From the human T2T-CHM13v2.0 reference genome, Homo sapiens: a stretch of 64,000 nt of DNA. The stretch lies in the NCBI RefSeq assembly GCF_009914755.1, contig NC_060930.1; one strand, 5' to 3'. The notes below the pieces were generated by a model. The model was not told the origin of the DNA. It saw only the letters and a program-made list of their open reading frames with translations, and ran no database searches. Positions 48,612 through 61,884 of this stretch are shown here, piece by piece. The stretch's first letter is position 1. The number at the start of each line of letters is the position of its first letter. A program made the position numbers and the translations under genes.

Positions 48612-50299
48612 CTAAGAAAATGGCTTAATTATTGTGATACTAAATAACTCTACACTCATAAAAGGCCTAAAGCAGTTGCCATATTGTTCTTGCCCATTTC
48701 TCTGCAAGCTTAAGCTTTACATGATTTCAGTCTGAAGACAAAACTGATTAAATGTTTATCTTGTTATTCTCAAGCTTCTTAATCTTTAATCTCATCTAGA
48801 TTTAAGTCCTTAAGCCAGTTTAGTAGTTACAAAGATTCTGGAGATAGAACTGAAAGACTATTAGGCTGAAAAAGAAATTATACTTAAGGAAAAACCTCAT
48901 AAGAATTGAAATTCTATGATAAAAAAATGAAGGCAATACCAACCGTACACTACCAAGAAAAGGTTGATAAGATACAATTCTTAGCATGTTGGGAAGTAAA
49001 ATAGACTTGTGAATAAAAACATACACTGCTGTGCTTGATTTGCACCCCTTGAACCCTCTCGGATGCTAACTAGCAATGTGACATTGCCCATTTTATGTAA
49101 CCTCTCTGAGTCGAAAGCTTTATTTTCTATGAATTAGGATAAATAATACATACCTCAAAGTATTGCTGAGAATATTTAATGGCACCTGGTTTCTGATTTA
49201 TGATAAGCAATGGAGGTAATAAATGGCAGAATTTCCTCCACCCAAACACTGCACAAAATGAAATACGTGTCAGATATGTATTACAACATACAAGATAATT
49301 TTTAAAAATTTTCTTTGATTCAAAATAAAAATGTTATGTGTCCTCCGTAAGGTGATAAACCTAAATCAAAATTAACTGTACACACTTAGTGTAGGCCTCT
49401 AGCTTAAATTATGTATGCTGGACTGTATCATTAAAGGAAAATATTTTTAAGAACATAAAGCATTTAGTGGTATTCCATAATACGTTACAAACTGCATTTT
49501 TCATGCAAACCATTAGTCTGCATATGATAAGCAAATGCATTTTCAAGAAAGACTAAAACTTGTGAAGTTAAATTTTTAATGTAACCCTGGTCTTCTATTA
49601 AAATTTGTTTATGGAATAAATGGGAGAGCTCCCAAGTTATCTGTGTCATGCTGGTTGTGCCTGATTTTATTCTACTTCTTTTATAGTAACTTTAGAAAAC
49701 TTTGTTTTATATAATTATTTTTCTTTTTTGCAGAAGATGTTTTTATATAATAATTTTACACAATTACATCCTTGTGAACAGATCTTGTGTCACACTACTC
49801 GATTGTCTTTGATTTATTCTGGAAAAGAGATAGGGAATGTATAAACTCCTGCAGACTGCCACTTTGCTTTCCTATAGCTTAAAAAAATCACATCCATAAA
49901 GTAGTATTCATGAAATGTTCACCCTTCATAAGGCAAGAAGAAATAAGAATTGGAATATTATGTGGATATCTATGCTTTTATCAAAAGGGGCTGACCTTCC
50001 TCTGCAGTAACATATTATGCAAATGAAAAGAATTATTAGAAAATAACATAACAAGTAGCACAAGAAATCTCAGCTGCACTCATGGCACATGTTAATTTCA
50101 TTGGCAATATAATCCAAAAATCAGATGGTTTAGGGCCTCACTGTCTAGGCTTTGGACTCAGACCAACCTTGGTTTGAATCCCGGATCTGCTCATCACTAC
50201 ATTTGGGACTACAGACTACTTATTTAACCTTTCTAAGCGTCAGGTGCCTCATCTGAAAAATGAATGGTCCCTATTTGAAGAATTGTGATAACTACAATT

Positions 50300-50416
50300 C
50301 TTAGCATATTGTATTCTACAAACTTAGCATATTGCTATTCTACAAACTTAGCATATTGTATTCTACAAACTTAGCATATTGTATTCTACAAACTTAGCAT
50401 ATGCTATTCTACAAAC
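50300..50416 (+). repeat. Minisatellite, ~23-24-bp unit cttagcatattgtattctacaaa x5, within a MIR
   Basis: Direct head-to-tail repeats without spacers. Confidence 0.92.
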
Positions 50417-50610
50417 AGTGTATTGTTCTGGACATGTTGATAAACATTAGGTAACATTATATTATATGTGTGATGGGAGATGGGGGAAAAGAGAAAGGGT
50501 AGGAGATAGGGTGGGGTAGTAGTGGTGCTAGAATATTCTATTATGTTTTTCTGTTTTTCAGTCTTGCTTTAAAAAATTAATTATAGGGAATCAACTTTTT
50601 CATAATATGC

Positions 50611-50926
50611 CTTTTTCAGGTATTGAAAAGAAAGCCATTAAATGAAATATGGCTTATTTTGGCTTATCTTGACGCCCACAATTTTGCCATTTTATTACCA
50701 ATTACTAAGTAGTCTCCTTCTCTCCTAATAGATACATTTCTAAATTTGGCACTAATTCACTTAGTAGATTTGGCAGGAGAAATTATTTGTTAATGTCAAA
50801 TCTAAGAAACAGGCTTCCTCTCTTAGCTTTGTACTGACCATAAGTGCAATATTGGTAACATCTTCAATATTATATATATAATATTGGAGGTTTGGGAGTC
50901 CCCAAAATAATATTCTTTTTCTCCAC
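50611..50926 (-). pseudogene. Gc-like pseudogene exon 6 (domain II/I)
   Basis: Acceptor ...tccag|GT. It reads GGEKEYYFGDSQ..(fs in TA run)..YNIEDVTNIALMVSTKLREEACFLDL, similar to Gc [28 protein letters not shown]. Later NGKIVGVKISQNKPYFI*WLSFQ aligns without gaps to [23 protein letters not shown]. The donor is AAG|gcatat (GC or decayed GT). Confidence 0.75.
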
Positions 50927-51968
50927 CTGGACTTGAAGCAAATTGGGAAAGAAAGTAAACAAGGTGGCAAAACAAAACAAACTTTCCATCGATGATAAAG
51001 CTGAGATTAGAGTTAGAGTTTATATATGCAGCATTATTGAGCTTCCTAACTGCATTGGAGTTAGTCTTGCTTCTCCTATCTCTGAATACCACCTCCTTCC
51101 CCAAACCACAAAATAGCACTGTGAGCCTGGAACCCATTGCCACTGAAGGGGCTGAGTGTGTCTTATAGCACAGCATGTGTTCTTTAGACAGCTCACTCCT
51201 AACAAAAAAGAGAGGAGGGACCTGGCCACTTTCTCTTAGATTCCTGTTAGGTCTGGTAGGTCTCTCTTCCACCCCAGAGAAGGGATGATGGAGTGGCTGG
51301 GGAGAAACCAGTAGTGTTATGCTAATGTATGTCTCTCTAAATGTTAAAGAACTGTTAGGAAAAAAGAATTAAATGTATCTCACTAGAATACCTCACTTTA
51401 ACCCTTGATTATGCTATTATCCCATTTAGACTGTTATTTCCCAACGAGTGCCTATTGCCCTCAGGGATGGGATGTAGAACAACAAGCTAAACGGACAGCT
51501 ACTCTCATGTTTCCTCGTTTATGCTCCTAATGCCAACTACTACTCTTCTGGGTGTTCTCTTAGGGGAACATATAATGGAAAATACTTGGCCACCCAAAAA
51601 TGATTTAAATCATTATGTGATTGATCTACATTAGATCAACTGCAAGATCACTCTGTACCTAAAGCTAAAGTACACTGTCTGCTCTATTTCCTATCCCAAC
51701 TGATGTCTATTCACATTTTCCATTATATCTTATATGGAATGTAACATCACAGTGATATTCCAATAATTACATAAATCAGCATATTGTAATAATATGTCAG
51801 AAAAAAAGAAGCCTCACATTTCAATAAAATACCTTTCTTTATCACATTCCCAAAGAGATCTAGTTTTAAAACCAACTTCAAAGATCAAGGGAATCTTAGG
51901 TAAGAAGTAAAATATTTCTCTCTTCTGAGCTGAAAGTCCAAGATAACACATCCATCACCCTATCTCAC

Positions 51969-52233
51969 CTTTACCTCATCCTATTCTGTTTTAACTTTGG
52001 AGATTATTGTTGTCTAGGTGAAACTGAAGTTTCTTCAGCCTACTGCTCCATGTCCTACAGGAATATGGATGCTTCCTTAAGGATTTCAGAAGCTGAATTA
52101 GCTCAATGTCAAATCTCAAATATCCCAAATTTTTGGAGACTACAATAAGTTGATAAGATTTGCAAAATGATGATAGCCCTGGCTTCAAAGCAAGCCATTC
52201 CCGGTCTTGACAGTAATTTTCCACAATGCAATC
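51969..52233 (-). pseudogene. Gc-like pseudogene exon 5 (fusion-loop region)
   Basis: Acceptor ttttctagaaatag|GA and donor AAG|gtgaga. It reads (G)LHCGKLLSRPGMACFEAR or, in the neighbouring frame, REWLALKPGLSSFCKSYQLIVVS, similar to Gc [24 protein letters not shown]. It ends in phase 1, matching exon 6. Confidence 0.7.
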
Positions 52234-52670
52234 CTATTTCTAGAAAACAGCACATATGTTCCTAAAGATGAAGCAAAGGCTCAGAAGTGTTTGAATGAAG
52301 TAGGACAGCTATAACTCTTCCTTGTTATAGCCTCACAAGGATGCCAGTCGTCTGTGCTAATTGCCTATCAATTTATTTTACTGAAAGAATTATCCTGAGC
52401 AGATTTTTGTGCTATTATTGTGACCCTCTATAAAGAATATTCTACCTAAGCATGTTTCCTCTTGGAGTATTTGAGATATTAATGATATCTTGCAATATTT
52501 ACAAATTTGTAATGATGACACGACTTATTTTAGGTACACTTTTTTCCCCCACTCATATTGAGAAGCTCTTGACTTACATTCCCACTGTGCACTGCTTACT
52601 TATGCCTGACACTAACAATTTAATTCTAGAACCTCATCTGTGTTGTGTATCGCACATTGAACTCAACATT

Positions 52671-53032
52671 TGTATAGTTTGTTTGGGCTACTGTAACAAA
52701 ATACCATAGATTGATATTCCATGGACATTTATTTCTCACAATTATGCTGAGAAGTCCAAGATTAAGGTGCCATCAGATTCGGTTCCTAGCAAGGGCTCTC
52801 TTTGGTGTGCATAGGGCCATCTTCTCACATTGTCCTCAAACGACAGAGAAAGGGAGATCTCTGGTCTCTCTTTTCTTATAAGGACACTAATGCCATCATG
52901 GGGGCCCCATGCTCATAACCTAATCTAAATCTAATTATCCCCCAAACACTATACCTTCAAATACCATTGTGTTAGGGTTTAGGTCTTCAACATATATATT
53001 TTGGAAGGATAAAAAACGTTCTGTCCCAAACA
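52671..53032 (-). mobile_element. MLT1A-like MaLR solo LTR
   Basis: tgtatagtttgtttgggctactgtaacaaaatacc...gaagtccaagattaaggtgcc...cttataaggacactaat. Confidence 0.82.
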
Positions 53033-55064
53033 GCATTTTTGCAATTTAAAAATCAGTAGATTTTATATTCCACCTACCAATGCCTAAAAGATCTGTTCAG
53101 AGAAAAAGGCTATTTTTCTAGGAAATATTTGCCTCTACAATTTATCGAGGCCCTTATAGTAAGCCTGGGTCTACAAATTTTCCTGAGGAGCCTGAGCACA
53201 TGTGTTAGGAGGCCAACATTCATGAAGTTCAAGATCAAGCTATAGAAACCTGTATAATAAAGTCCCATTGAGGGCATCAGCTCTTTGGGTAAAACCAATA
53301 TAGCCCATCCCAGTTTACTAAGTTCCACAATACCCTGCCTATCCCTCGCAGGTGAGAGGGAGGTGAGACAGTATGAGTGTTTCACTAACAAGTCTCCCAC
53401 TTCACAGAATAAATTATCAGAACCAGGGAAGAATCACTCCCTTTTCCTTCCTTATAATGTATATAATTTTTAAAATATAGAAATAACTTCAATTGTAAGT
53501 TGACTAATGGGTCTACTCACATAATTATTCAAAACCCTTAATTTAGAAATTAAATTAGGTCATGCCTTCATTATCATGAAAAATTTTATTACATTTCACT
53601 ATCAGAATGGTGACTTTTAAAACTAGCTTGAGTTTTAAGTTTATTTTGCTAAACAGCCAATTTAAAATTAAAAAAAATTTAACCTTGTTATTTTGAGAGT
53701 TTTATTCATTTACTTGGACTTTAACTTGTCATATTTGAACCTAATGATAATACAATTTCTTTTAATATACTTGATAAATGTTTCAATTCTGTAGCAATGT
53801 TGCAATGGACCGTCTCTTACCAGTGGTAAGTTAGTAGTAATCCTGCAAGATAAACATGCAACAGAAGGTTGTATACAACTAAAATTAATACATGATTTTT
53901 AAATGCCACCTTTTTTCAATTACAACGTGAGACTCATTTATATGAAGAAATCCATGTTCTGCTACAGCAAAATATGACGAATGTTTTCTTCATTCCTTCT
54001 GACTTTGATGGAGGAAGTAGGACTTTTGGTAATGTGTTTACCTTTTACCCGGTGTTGGCCATGCTTATCTTACCTCTTTGAAGCTGAACATTAAGGGTCC
54101 TTAAGACTGACTTGGGCACCAACTAATGATTTAAGCATATATAATTTTTCTTCTTCAGCCAATGTGGCACTTTTTTTTCTCAATCAAAACCTCTCTATCT
54201 TACAACCCAAAAATGTTGTGGAGGAAGTAGCTAACTAAATGTTGAAGGGTGTGTTATTATGTTATCATCATCATTATTAACACTCATTAGAGGCTTTTAT
54301 CTTCAAAGTGCTTTGTATGCATGAGTAACCCCCTTTTTCTCCACTCCTGTCCACCTTTCCATTCTTTTTTAAGAACTGTGATGGATCTTTAACTCCACAT
54401 GACCTTTGAATTTTTAGAAAGTGCAATCATTGATGACAACTAGCCTTTTGGGGTCAGTCTTATCTCGTGGTAAGGAGGAACATGTGCCTTGATGTTCAGT
54501 ATTAATAAGAAATAAAATGCTTTCCAAGTGCAATTCAAAAACTCCTTTGAAACACATTTTGCTTTACTCACCTCTCCATTCACCCTCACTTCAGATCTTT
54601 AAAGTAACGCAAACAAGCCCACACTGCTCCACCACGTGGGATTGTGCAGAGATAAGTGAGCTACTATGCTTGGTCCTCAAGATTTATTACCAGGAGATAA
54701 CTGAAAAGCCAATGTAATTTTTTAAGACTAGGAGGAAAACAATTCAGCCAAACATTCAACAGGATGTAGAATATTTTAATGCCAGAAAATATTATTTGTG
54801 AAGACAATGTGTTTAAAAGAAATGGGGCATAAACTCAATCTGCAGAAAGGATTGCTGGCTGCTTTTCATCAATGTCTTCCTCTAAAGGGTTATTCATAAA
54901 GGAGAATTAATTATATTAAGCACACAGGAAAAATCAGCCTTGAACATATACACATAATTGACTAACTAGCTGAACATGTAGAAGCAGAAAACAGGCAAGG
55001 ATACAAGGAAATGCTGAAGAAGCATTCCTGAAATACAGGTTTTGTTTTTGTTATGAAAAGTCAC

Positions 55065-55280
55065 CAGTACAGATTCCCACCTGTTAATCAGTAAAGCAGG
55101 GCAACGACCTTGTCAACAAAGCAAAGGATTCAAAAAGAAAGGTATGACATATTTTTTTTTAAATATATGGAATGTTTTAACATAAATGATGACTCCAGAT
55201 TTAGACTGAAGGGTACTGCTATTTATGGGTATGATTGATGCTCTTTTAGTATTTGGAATGGTAACTATAATTGCAGGGAC
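55065..55280 (-). pseudogene. Gc-like pseudogene exon 4 (domain I/II)
   Basis: Strong acceptor tttttctttcttcag|GTC. It reads VPAIIVTIPNTKRASIIPINSSTLQSKSGVIIYVKT, similar to Gc [24 protein letters not shown]. After a frameshift in an A9 run it reads HTFLFES...GICTG|gtgact, similar to YTKLYST...ELCTG. Alternative donor at 55081. Confidence 0.75.
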
Positions 55281-55350
55281 CTGAAGAAAGAAAAATTCTG
55301 AAAGTGTCATCTGAAGTTACCTGTTTTTGCATTTTCTTGGCCCTCTTTCC

Positions 55351-55569
55351 CTAATTCTGAGAGGATCACTCTACAGTAATGAAAGAATGTGGTTTTCCTT
55401 TTTGAAAAAGAGGGATGGGCCTTATGTTTTCTTTTTTAACTGTTTTAATCTGGGATAGGTTAGCCAGGGATGTAAAGTGTTTGCCTTGGGCAAAAAAATC
55501 CAAATATTCAACATTCACATTGCTTGTAAAACTCTTCAGCAATGATTTAATGCTTAGCAAATGGCAGCT
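55351..55569 (-). pseudogene. Gc-like pseudogene exon 3 (stalk end / start of domain I)
   Basis: Acceptor ttttagttag|AGC. It reads SCHLLSIKSLL...KPHSFITVE*SSQN*, matching Gc KYITIEGTETAE. Both stops are single G>T changes from the expected Gly (GGA) and Glu (GAG). It is followed by a 70-nt intron whose donor has decayed (ggaaag). Overlaps track ORF 55366..55560. Confidence 0.7.
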
Positions 55570-56679
55570 CTAACTAAAAGTTAACTTGTGATGAAGTACT
55601 ATAGTGTTTCACAGAACACTCACAATAATAGATTTTTGATTCCTTTGTTTTGTTTCCAATGTCTTTTTTTTCTTCAATTTTCCCTCCAAGAGAAAATACT
55701 GTGCCTTTGTTAAAATCCCTTTGATAAAAACCTATTTCTGGTTAATCAGTTCCACATTTTTAATTGTTTTCTTAAAGAAGCTGAGGATTATTCATCTGGT
55801 GAAAGTTGTAAATGTTTGGCACTGGAGTTTCTGGGGGAATACTTTGGTATGATTTGTTGAAACTATGTGTTATAAACTACGCTCTACACCCTACACTGAG
55901 AGAATAACAAGATCCAGTATTTTAAAGCCTAATTGCTCTTTAGGGATCAAAGTCATGTTACTTACTCATCTTACACAAGGTTTTGGATGAGAAAGAAAAG
56001 TAGCTTGATCCTCCCAAAAAGCTACTATGAGGCAAATTGAGTGCAATAACCCATATTTGAGCCAGGAAAAAGCAGTGAGAATAGATTTTTAGTCAGTTTT
56101 ATGCAATGCATGATATAGGAAATATATAATAAGGAAAAAATGCTTATAACACATAGTTAACTTTATCATTATAATCAATAGGTATTTAATGACATGTTAA
56201 AATATATTTAAAAGATACATGTAGTAACTGAGTTTTAGATTAACATTGTTTTTCCAGACCTGACCATTAAATTAAAAAATGCTTTTATCTGTATTAAGGT
56301 TTTGCACAGATCTGGACTTCTAAAATTACTCTTTTTTTTATTTTCTAATATTTAAAGAGTGAAAGTTTAAAGAATCAAATAACACCTTGATGAAAACCAT
56401 CATGTGAAAGGAGTTTTTGAAATATTGAGAGGAATGAAATAATTTATTTCCTAAAACTTAATAAATGAAGTAACAGGATTTAGTTCCTTATGTTTAATTT
56501 GAGAAGTCATACCCTCTATTCCTATATATTTGAAAAACACGTCCAGAACTTTCCACTGATTCCCCCAAGTAACATCTTCCCTCTTTTCCAATATATGCCC
56601 TAGAAGAGTCATAATTTTCAACCTTAAAATGAGAAATTTTTATGGTGTGTTTGGACCAAGGCAATCTAGATAATCACAA

Positions 56680-56870
56680 TAGCTAACATTTATTGAGCAA
56701 TTGGTAAATGCCAGGCACTGGCTTAAAAATTTCACATACATAATATTTTATCCTCAGTATAAGTCAAGGAGGTAGAATGACAATTATCTTTACATTACAG
56801 ATGAGGAAACCATGTCACAGAGAATTTAAATGACTTGCTCAAGGTCGGCCAAGCAGTCAGACTTCAGGCT
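56680..56870 (-). mobile_element. MIR
   Basis: tagctaacatttattgagc...ttacagatgaggaaac...aaatgacttgctcaaggtc. Confidence 0.7.
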
Positions 56871-57416
56871 CTTGATGACACCCCCTATCTATGTAAAAGT
56901 AGAGGTGCCATTTCTTGTATTTGTATCAATTAAGGGTCACATGTGGATTCAACTTCACCTAAATTGTTTCTTCTTTCAGTTAATTTCCTCATTTGCATGT
57001 CTGATCTTTCTCCCTGACTCTACCTTTACACCTATAAAGCATCATTTAATATCTTGGTACCTTCATAGAATACAAAGTATTTCCTAGGTCAAATCAAATA
57101 TTGTATGTAAAAATTACTTTGAATGTGGAAATACTGTAGAAACCATTCTATTAAAAAGACTATCTTATATTCTAGCTAATAGGTTAACTAAAACACCTTT
57201 AACTTGTAAGTGTTTGTTTTTTTCTTAGTCTTCAAACTGAACAACTTTGCAACTTCCACGGTTTTCTTCTTCTTTACATCTACCACTAAATTCATTTGCT
57301 ACCTGATATTATTAAAAGCAGTAATAGTCCAACTTTATGACAATTTAGAGCTAGACTGGGCTTACCTACAGATAAGTTAACAGAAAAAAATCACTTAGGA
57401 TATAAAATTAATATTA

Positions 57417-57725
<309 letters not shown>

Positions 57726-58312
57726 TTAACAGAGTTTGAGTTTTGATTTGTGTTTGAAATAAAACCCATTTCCAGTAAAAATTCAGAATCTTTATGAATT
57801 CTGTCAATTTGACTTGGTATCATTAGGCTGCCTTGGTTGAGTTTTCACTATCCTGTGGGTAATTTTCTTTAGCAAATTTCCATTTCTCTTTATGCCCTTT
57901 GTATATTTAGTGAAACAATTTAACATCTGTTAAATTGTAAATATTCAGGACAGGGACTTCCCCTTTAATTTGTTAGATTTGCATCAGGTATGCCTAAATG
58001 TTTAACAAAATGCTTTTGATGATGATTATAAGGATAACAAAAATGACAATGATAATCTAAGTTTAAAGTTTTTAGTCTCTGGGTTTATATTACAAATTTA
58101 GAAGATGCTGAAGATTTAAATGCACAACAGAATGTAAAAAAGAAATTCTCAATAGTCATTTTTACCTTTCCAATTTAGTAAGAATTTGTATTTGAAATAT
58201 TCTGCTTATATATTTAGTCAGATATTTTAAAATCCCCTCTTCCCCAGTTTCTTAGCTTAAAATTACTCTCTTTCCATGGTTTAAAAATAGAGTACACATT
58301 TTGTAAGCTTAC

Positions 58313-58528
58313 TTCGGATAGGAACCACTTCACAACAACTGTATGGCCATTGGAACTATCCCTATTCAAGTCTTGAGACTTCTATAACAATATCTACCCT
58401 ACATCCACATCATTGCCAATAGGCAGCATGTATTTGGGAAGCATTAATGATTTTAAAAGGCTCTGTCTCTTAGGATTTTTCTTAAGATCCTTTGCATTTT
58501 ACTTTTCAAAGGGCTTCAATATGGGGAC
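58313..58528 (-). pseudogene. Gc-like pseudogene exon 2 (stalk subdomain 2)
   Basis: Acceptor ccttctttatcag|GT and donor GAA|gtaagc. It starts (G)PHIEAL*KVKCKG, similar to Gc EELDAVKKSKC, and ends in another frame KSQDLNRDSSNGH, similar to QKDYDKTQDIGH. Internal frameshifts. Confidence 0.6.
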
Positions 58529-59780
58529 CTGATAAAGAAGGATTAATGTAGTTTAACAAAGTGAAAAACTAATTGAATCATTAACTCACTATTCAGATTC
58601 AAATATCTTCATTCCAAACCACATTCACTATTTACACTTCTGCTTTGCTCCTCTGCCTGACTCTTTTCTTCTCCCTTATTGGTAAAACTTCTTAGTCTTA
58701 GCCCTAACCCTGAAAAGGTCATGTGAAAATTCACATCAAGCATGTCAGAGAAAATCATGGCTGCTGGAGCAAAAGCTTAGAAGGTTTTTGCTCTAGAAGT
58801 TTAAAATCTTACATTTCAATGTTTCTTTGAATATCTTAGAACTCTGTTAAAGTTACTTAAAAGGACACAAAAACATGACTAGCTGTCGCTACGTTTAAAA
58901 ATTAGTATTTGGTGCTTATAAGTTGCTTTATATGCCCTGTTGAACCATCTTCTTCCTACTTAATAACACAGAATCTGAATGCAAAATTATAATTTAATAT
59001 CTCTGAAATTTTGTATTTGACAGTAATTTTTTTATATAAAAACACTACTACAGATTTTTAAATTGTAGAATAATTAAAAATGCATACATGGCACAATGTG
59101 GACAGGCAATCATTTAATACATAGAGAGGCATAAATTTTGTAAGGGAAGGGTGTGCTTGCAGGAGGCTATTTAACAGACCCACCATTAATGAGACCTTCC
59201 TAGTAATTATTTTTTTTTTTATATTTCACCCTCCTCCCTTTAAATGGTATTGGACTGCAGGCAAATTTTAATCTTAAATACTAAACCAGTGATAACAGCA
59301 TAACCATCTTAAGTGGTACATTCAATACCTTGCAAAAATTATTACACTTCTGTTGGTCTGATTTATTTTAGGTTCACTGATTCCTCTAGACTTAGACACA
59401 TACACCATCACTAATTTATGTTGATGACACAATACAACATTTAGTTGACATGAAATAATTTATTAACTAAGAAAATAGTTCATGAGCTTTTGCACATTAG
59501 CAGTTTTCTCCTTGATCACTGGTAGACTCAAGTCCATTCTAGTTAATTCATCTTCATAATAGGTAGTTAACAAAACAAACATTATGAGCAATTACTCAGG
59601 TTTAATTCCCTAGATAGAAATGTTAAGTCCTGAACTTAGGCTTAAAATAAAATTCACTCTAAGCAATGTTTAATCATTTAAAGAAAAAAAAGTCTGCTTC
59701 CTTAAATAAGATCATGCCAGGTAGAAAACCTAAGTCCTAATTAAATGCATTCTGTTTATGGAAAGCAGCTAACACGGTAC

Positions 59781-60425
59781 CTGGCATACAGTGGGTGCTC
59801 ATTTGGTGATAATTATAGTTATTAGCAGAATCGAAACTATGCCAAATGCTTCAGAACTCCCAGTCTCTTTTCTCCATATTCTATTTCCTCCTAAATACCT
59901 CTAGTACCTTATCCTATGCAATTTAGGATCTTTGCACTAATCACACTCAAACTGCAGTTTCCTAGAGTAGGACAGGGATGAACAAATCAGGAAGGCTTGT
60001 GTGCGGTATTTTCAGAGTCAAAGCTTTCCTGAAAAAGATCTGGTTTCAAATTATCAACATATCAACTACAAAGAGCCAGTATTTTCTTCATTCGCTGACT
60101 AATCTCCAGAAGCCAAATTTATAGCTGAAAATCAGCATCAAAATAACAATTTTAAAAGATTATTTTGAAAAATTAAAGTTTTTTTTTGTGTTTGACGAAG
60201 TATAGCTCTGAATCAGCCTAGATTTTTGGGAATCTATTATCACCAAAAATAATGAAGTGCATTGCCCTTTTGCATAATTGAAAGGAAAAGACAAATGTTC
60301 CAGACTTAGACTCAACTTCTTTTTGATACACCTCAAAACCAAAGGGAAGACAGAGAAGAGATAAGAATAAGGTTAAAAAAATAATAATAAGGATAGAACT
60401 CAATGATAAAACATGAGTTTTCCTC
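59781..60425 (-). pseudogene. Gc-like pseudogene coding exon 1 (signal peptide, short head region, stalk subdomain 1)
   Basis: Acceptor ttttaaaaacag|GAG, with ATG at 60414-60412. It reads MFYH*VLSLLLFF(fs)LTLFLSLLCLPFG (signal-peptide-like), later HPCPTLGNCSLSVISAKILNCIG and (fs)EVFRRK*NMEKRDWEF*SIWHSFDS, which matches Gc [25 protein letters not shown] without gaps. The 3' boundary is uncertain (CAG|gtaccg at 59781; alternatives 59899/59908). Confidence 0.6.
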
Positions 60426-60832
60426 CTGTTTTTAAAACAACGTAGTACTTTTTTCCTTTAAACTTTTGTTCCTAATTTGGTATACTTCACTAAATAAAAA
60501 TCAAAGAAACTTCTGCATAGCAGCAAAACCTCTGAGGAGAGTTTTCCTGCATCCTTTATACTGCCTTGTCTTACTCCAAGCCCAGAGCTGGTGCTAAAAT
60601 CAGTGACATGAGGCCGGGCCAGAGAAGGGCCCCAAGAAAGACCCCATGTGTTTTACGTAAAGTTTTACAACTTTCTTTTCTCCACAACCGAGATTATCCC
60701 TTCTAAGGGTGTGTATCTGAGGCATATGCTTCATACCGACGCCACACGAAGGAAATGGAATAAACCACTCCCCATGCTTTCTTGAGCTTGGCTTCCTGTT
60801 CTATACAAAAGGAGGACGCAATTTGGATTTAC

Positions 60833-61020
60833 CTCAATTCTCGCCTTCCTTGCCGAGGCAGATGTCTTAAGCACTCTATTTTAAGGATTCAAAGCCCATA
60901 ATATTACTAATAACTCCACATACTTGTTTGCATTTCCCATGGTACATATAAATGTCAGAAGCAATGACTTGCAGCCCCCTTTAATCTCGTGACAGCTTTA
61001 TTATCATTGGTTGGCTGAAC
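60833..61020 (-). promoter_or_regulatory. Candidate promoter / non-coding first exon of the Gc-like gene
   Basis: GAG|gtaaat donor at 60833, about 400 bp upstream of the ATG exon acceptor. CCAAT on the minus strand near 61006-61010, in repeat-free sequence with some retained CpGs. Motif evidence only. Confidence 0.25.
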
Positions 61021-61884
61021 TTCAAGAAAAGTTATGACAGTGGCGAAGTTCTGCAAACTGCAGCACATATTTCGGTAATTAGGTAAAGGAGGGAAAGCTA
61101 CGTTTAGAATGCACAGCTGAAATTATTTGCTAAACACATAAGATGCTGAGGTATATCACATTCCTCCCAGGACAGCTTTTGAAGGGTGATTTACAAAGCA
61201 TTTCTTTTTACTGTTTTGCCATTTCTTCCCCCTCCAGTTAGGCTGTTTTAGCAGCAGCTCTGACTTGAAAATGGATCTTCTGATAATGGAAATATTGTAT
61301 TTGCAATATGAGAAGGTGGAAGGAGGGAGTGGTCTGAGAGGCTGTGGTTTTCATTTTGTTCTATGTTGAACTCAGCTTTCTGAATGACTGCATCTCTCTC
61401 ATGAATGCTTTAGCGTTGAATATTGAAGCTGATTTTTTTCATAGTTTTGGAATCAGGCCAAGGTTTTCTAATCTTGGAAACTATCATATAAACTGCTTGA
61501 AATACATTTTTGATCCCACAAAAACAAAACTAGTTGTCTTTTTACAAATTTAACTATCAGTAAAGTTCACACTAACAATTACCAGTAATCAAGTTGCTGT
61601 TTTATTGTATCTCGTTAAAAGGTCATATACTTCAAGAATTACTTTAAGAGATTTTCCAGTAAGATAATAGATTTCAATGACAAACTTCTTATTCAGTTTC
61701 CCTTAGAACCAAAATCATGGACAGTTTGAGAGAATAAACTTTGTGATGGAAAATAATCCAGATTTTGCTTAAGTGCATACTTTTAGAATTGATATAATTA
61801 ATACCCAATTTTAATTCCCCAAACTAGCCTGTCCAGGCTAATAGTCAAATAAACTATCAAACTACCTATTAAAAACCTATGATA

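Noticed and set aside
50300-50416. ~23-bp repeats superficially like a CRISPR array
   Set aside because: They are head-to-tail with no spacers, in eukaryotic DNA: a minisatellite.
53821-54122. Two small minus-strand exon-like segments (53842-53821 and 54122-54074) with gtaaga donors
   Set aside because: Exons 4 and 5 already join colinearly with Gc, and these segments show no recognisable similarity. They are probably chance or cryptic sites.
59329-59400. Possible extra exon (INQTNRSVIIFA) between exons 1 and 2
   Set aside because: The acceptor is weak, and the matching Gc block aligns better within the extended exon 1.
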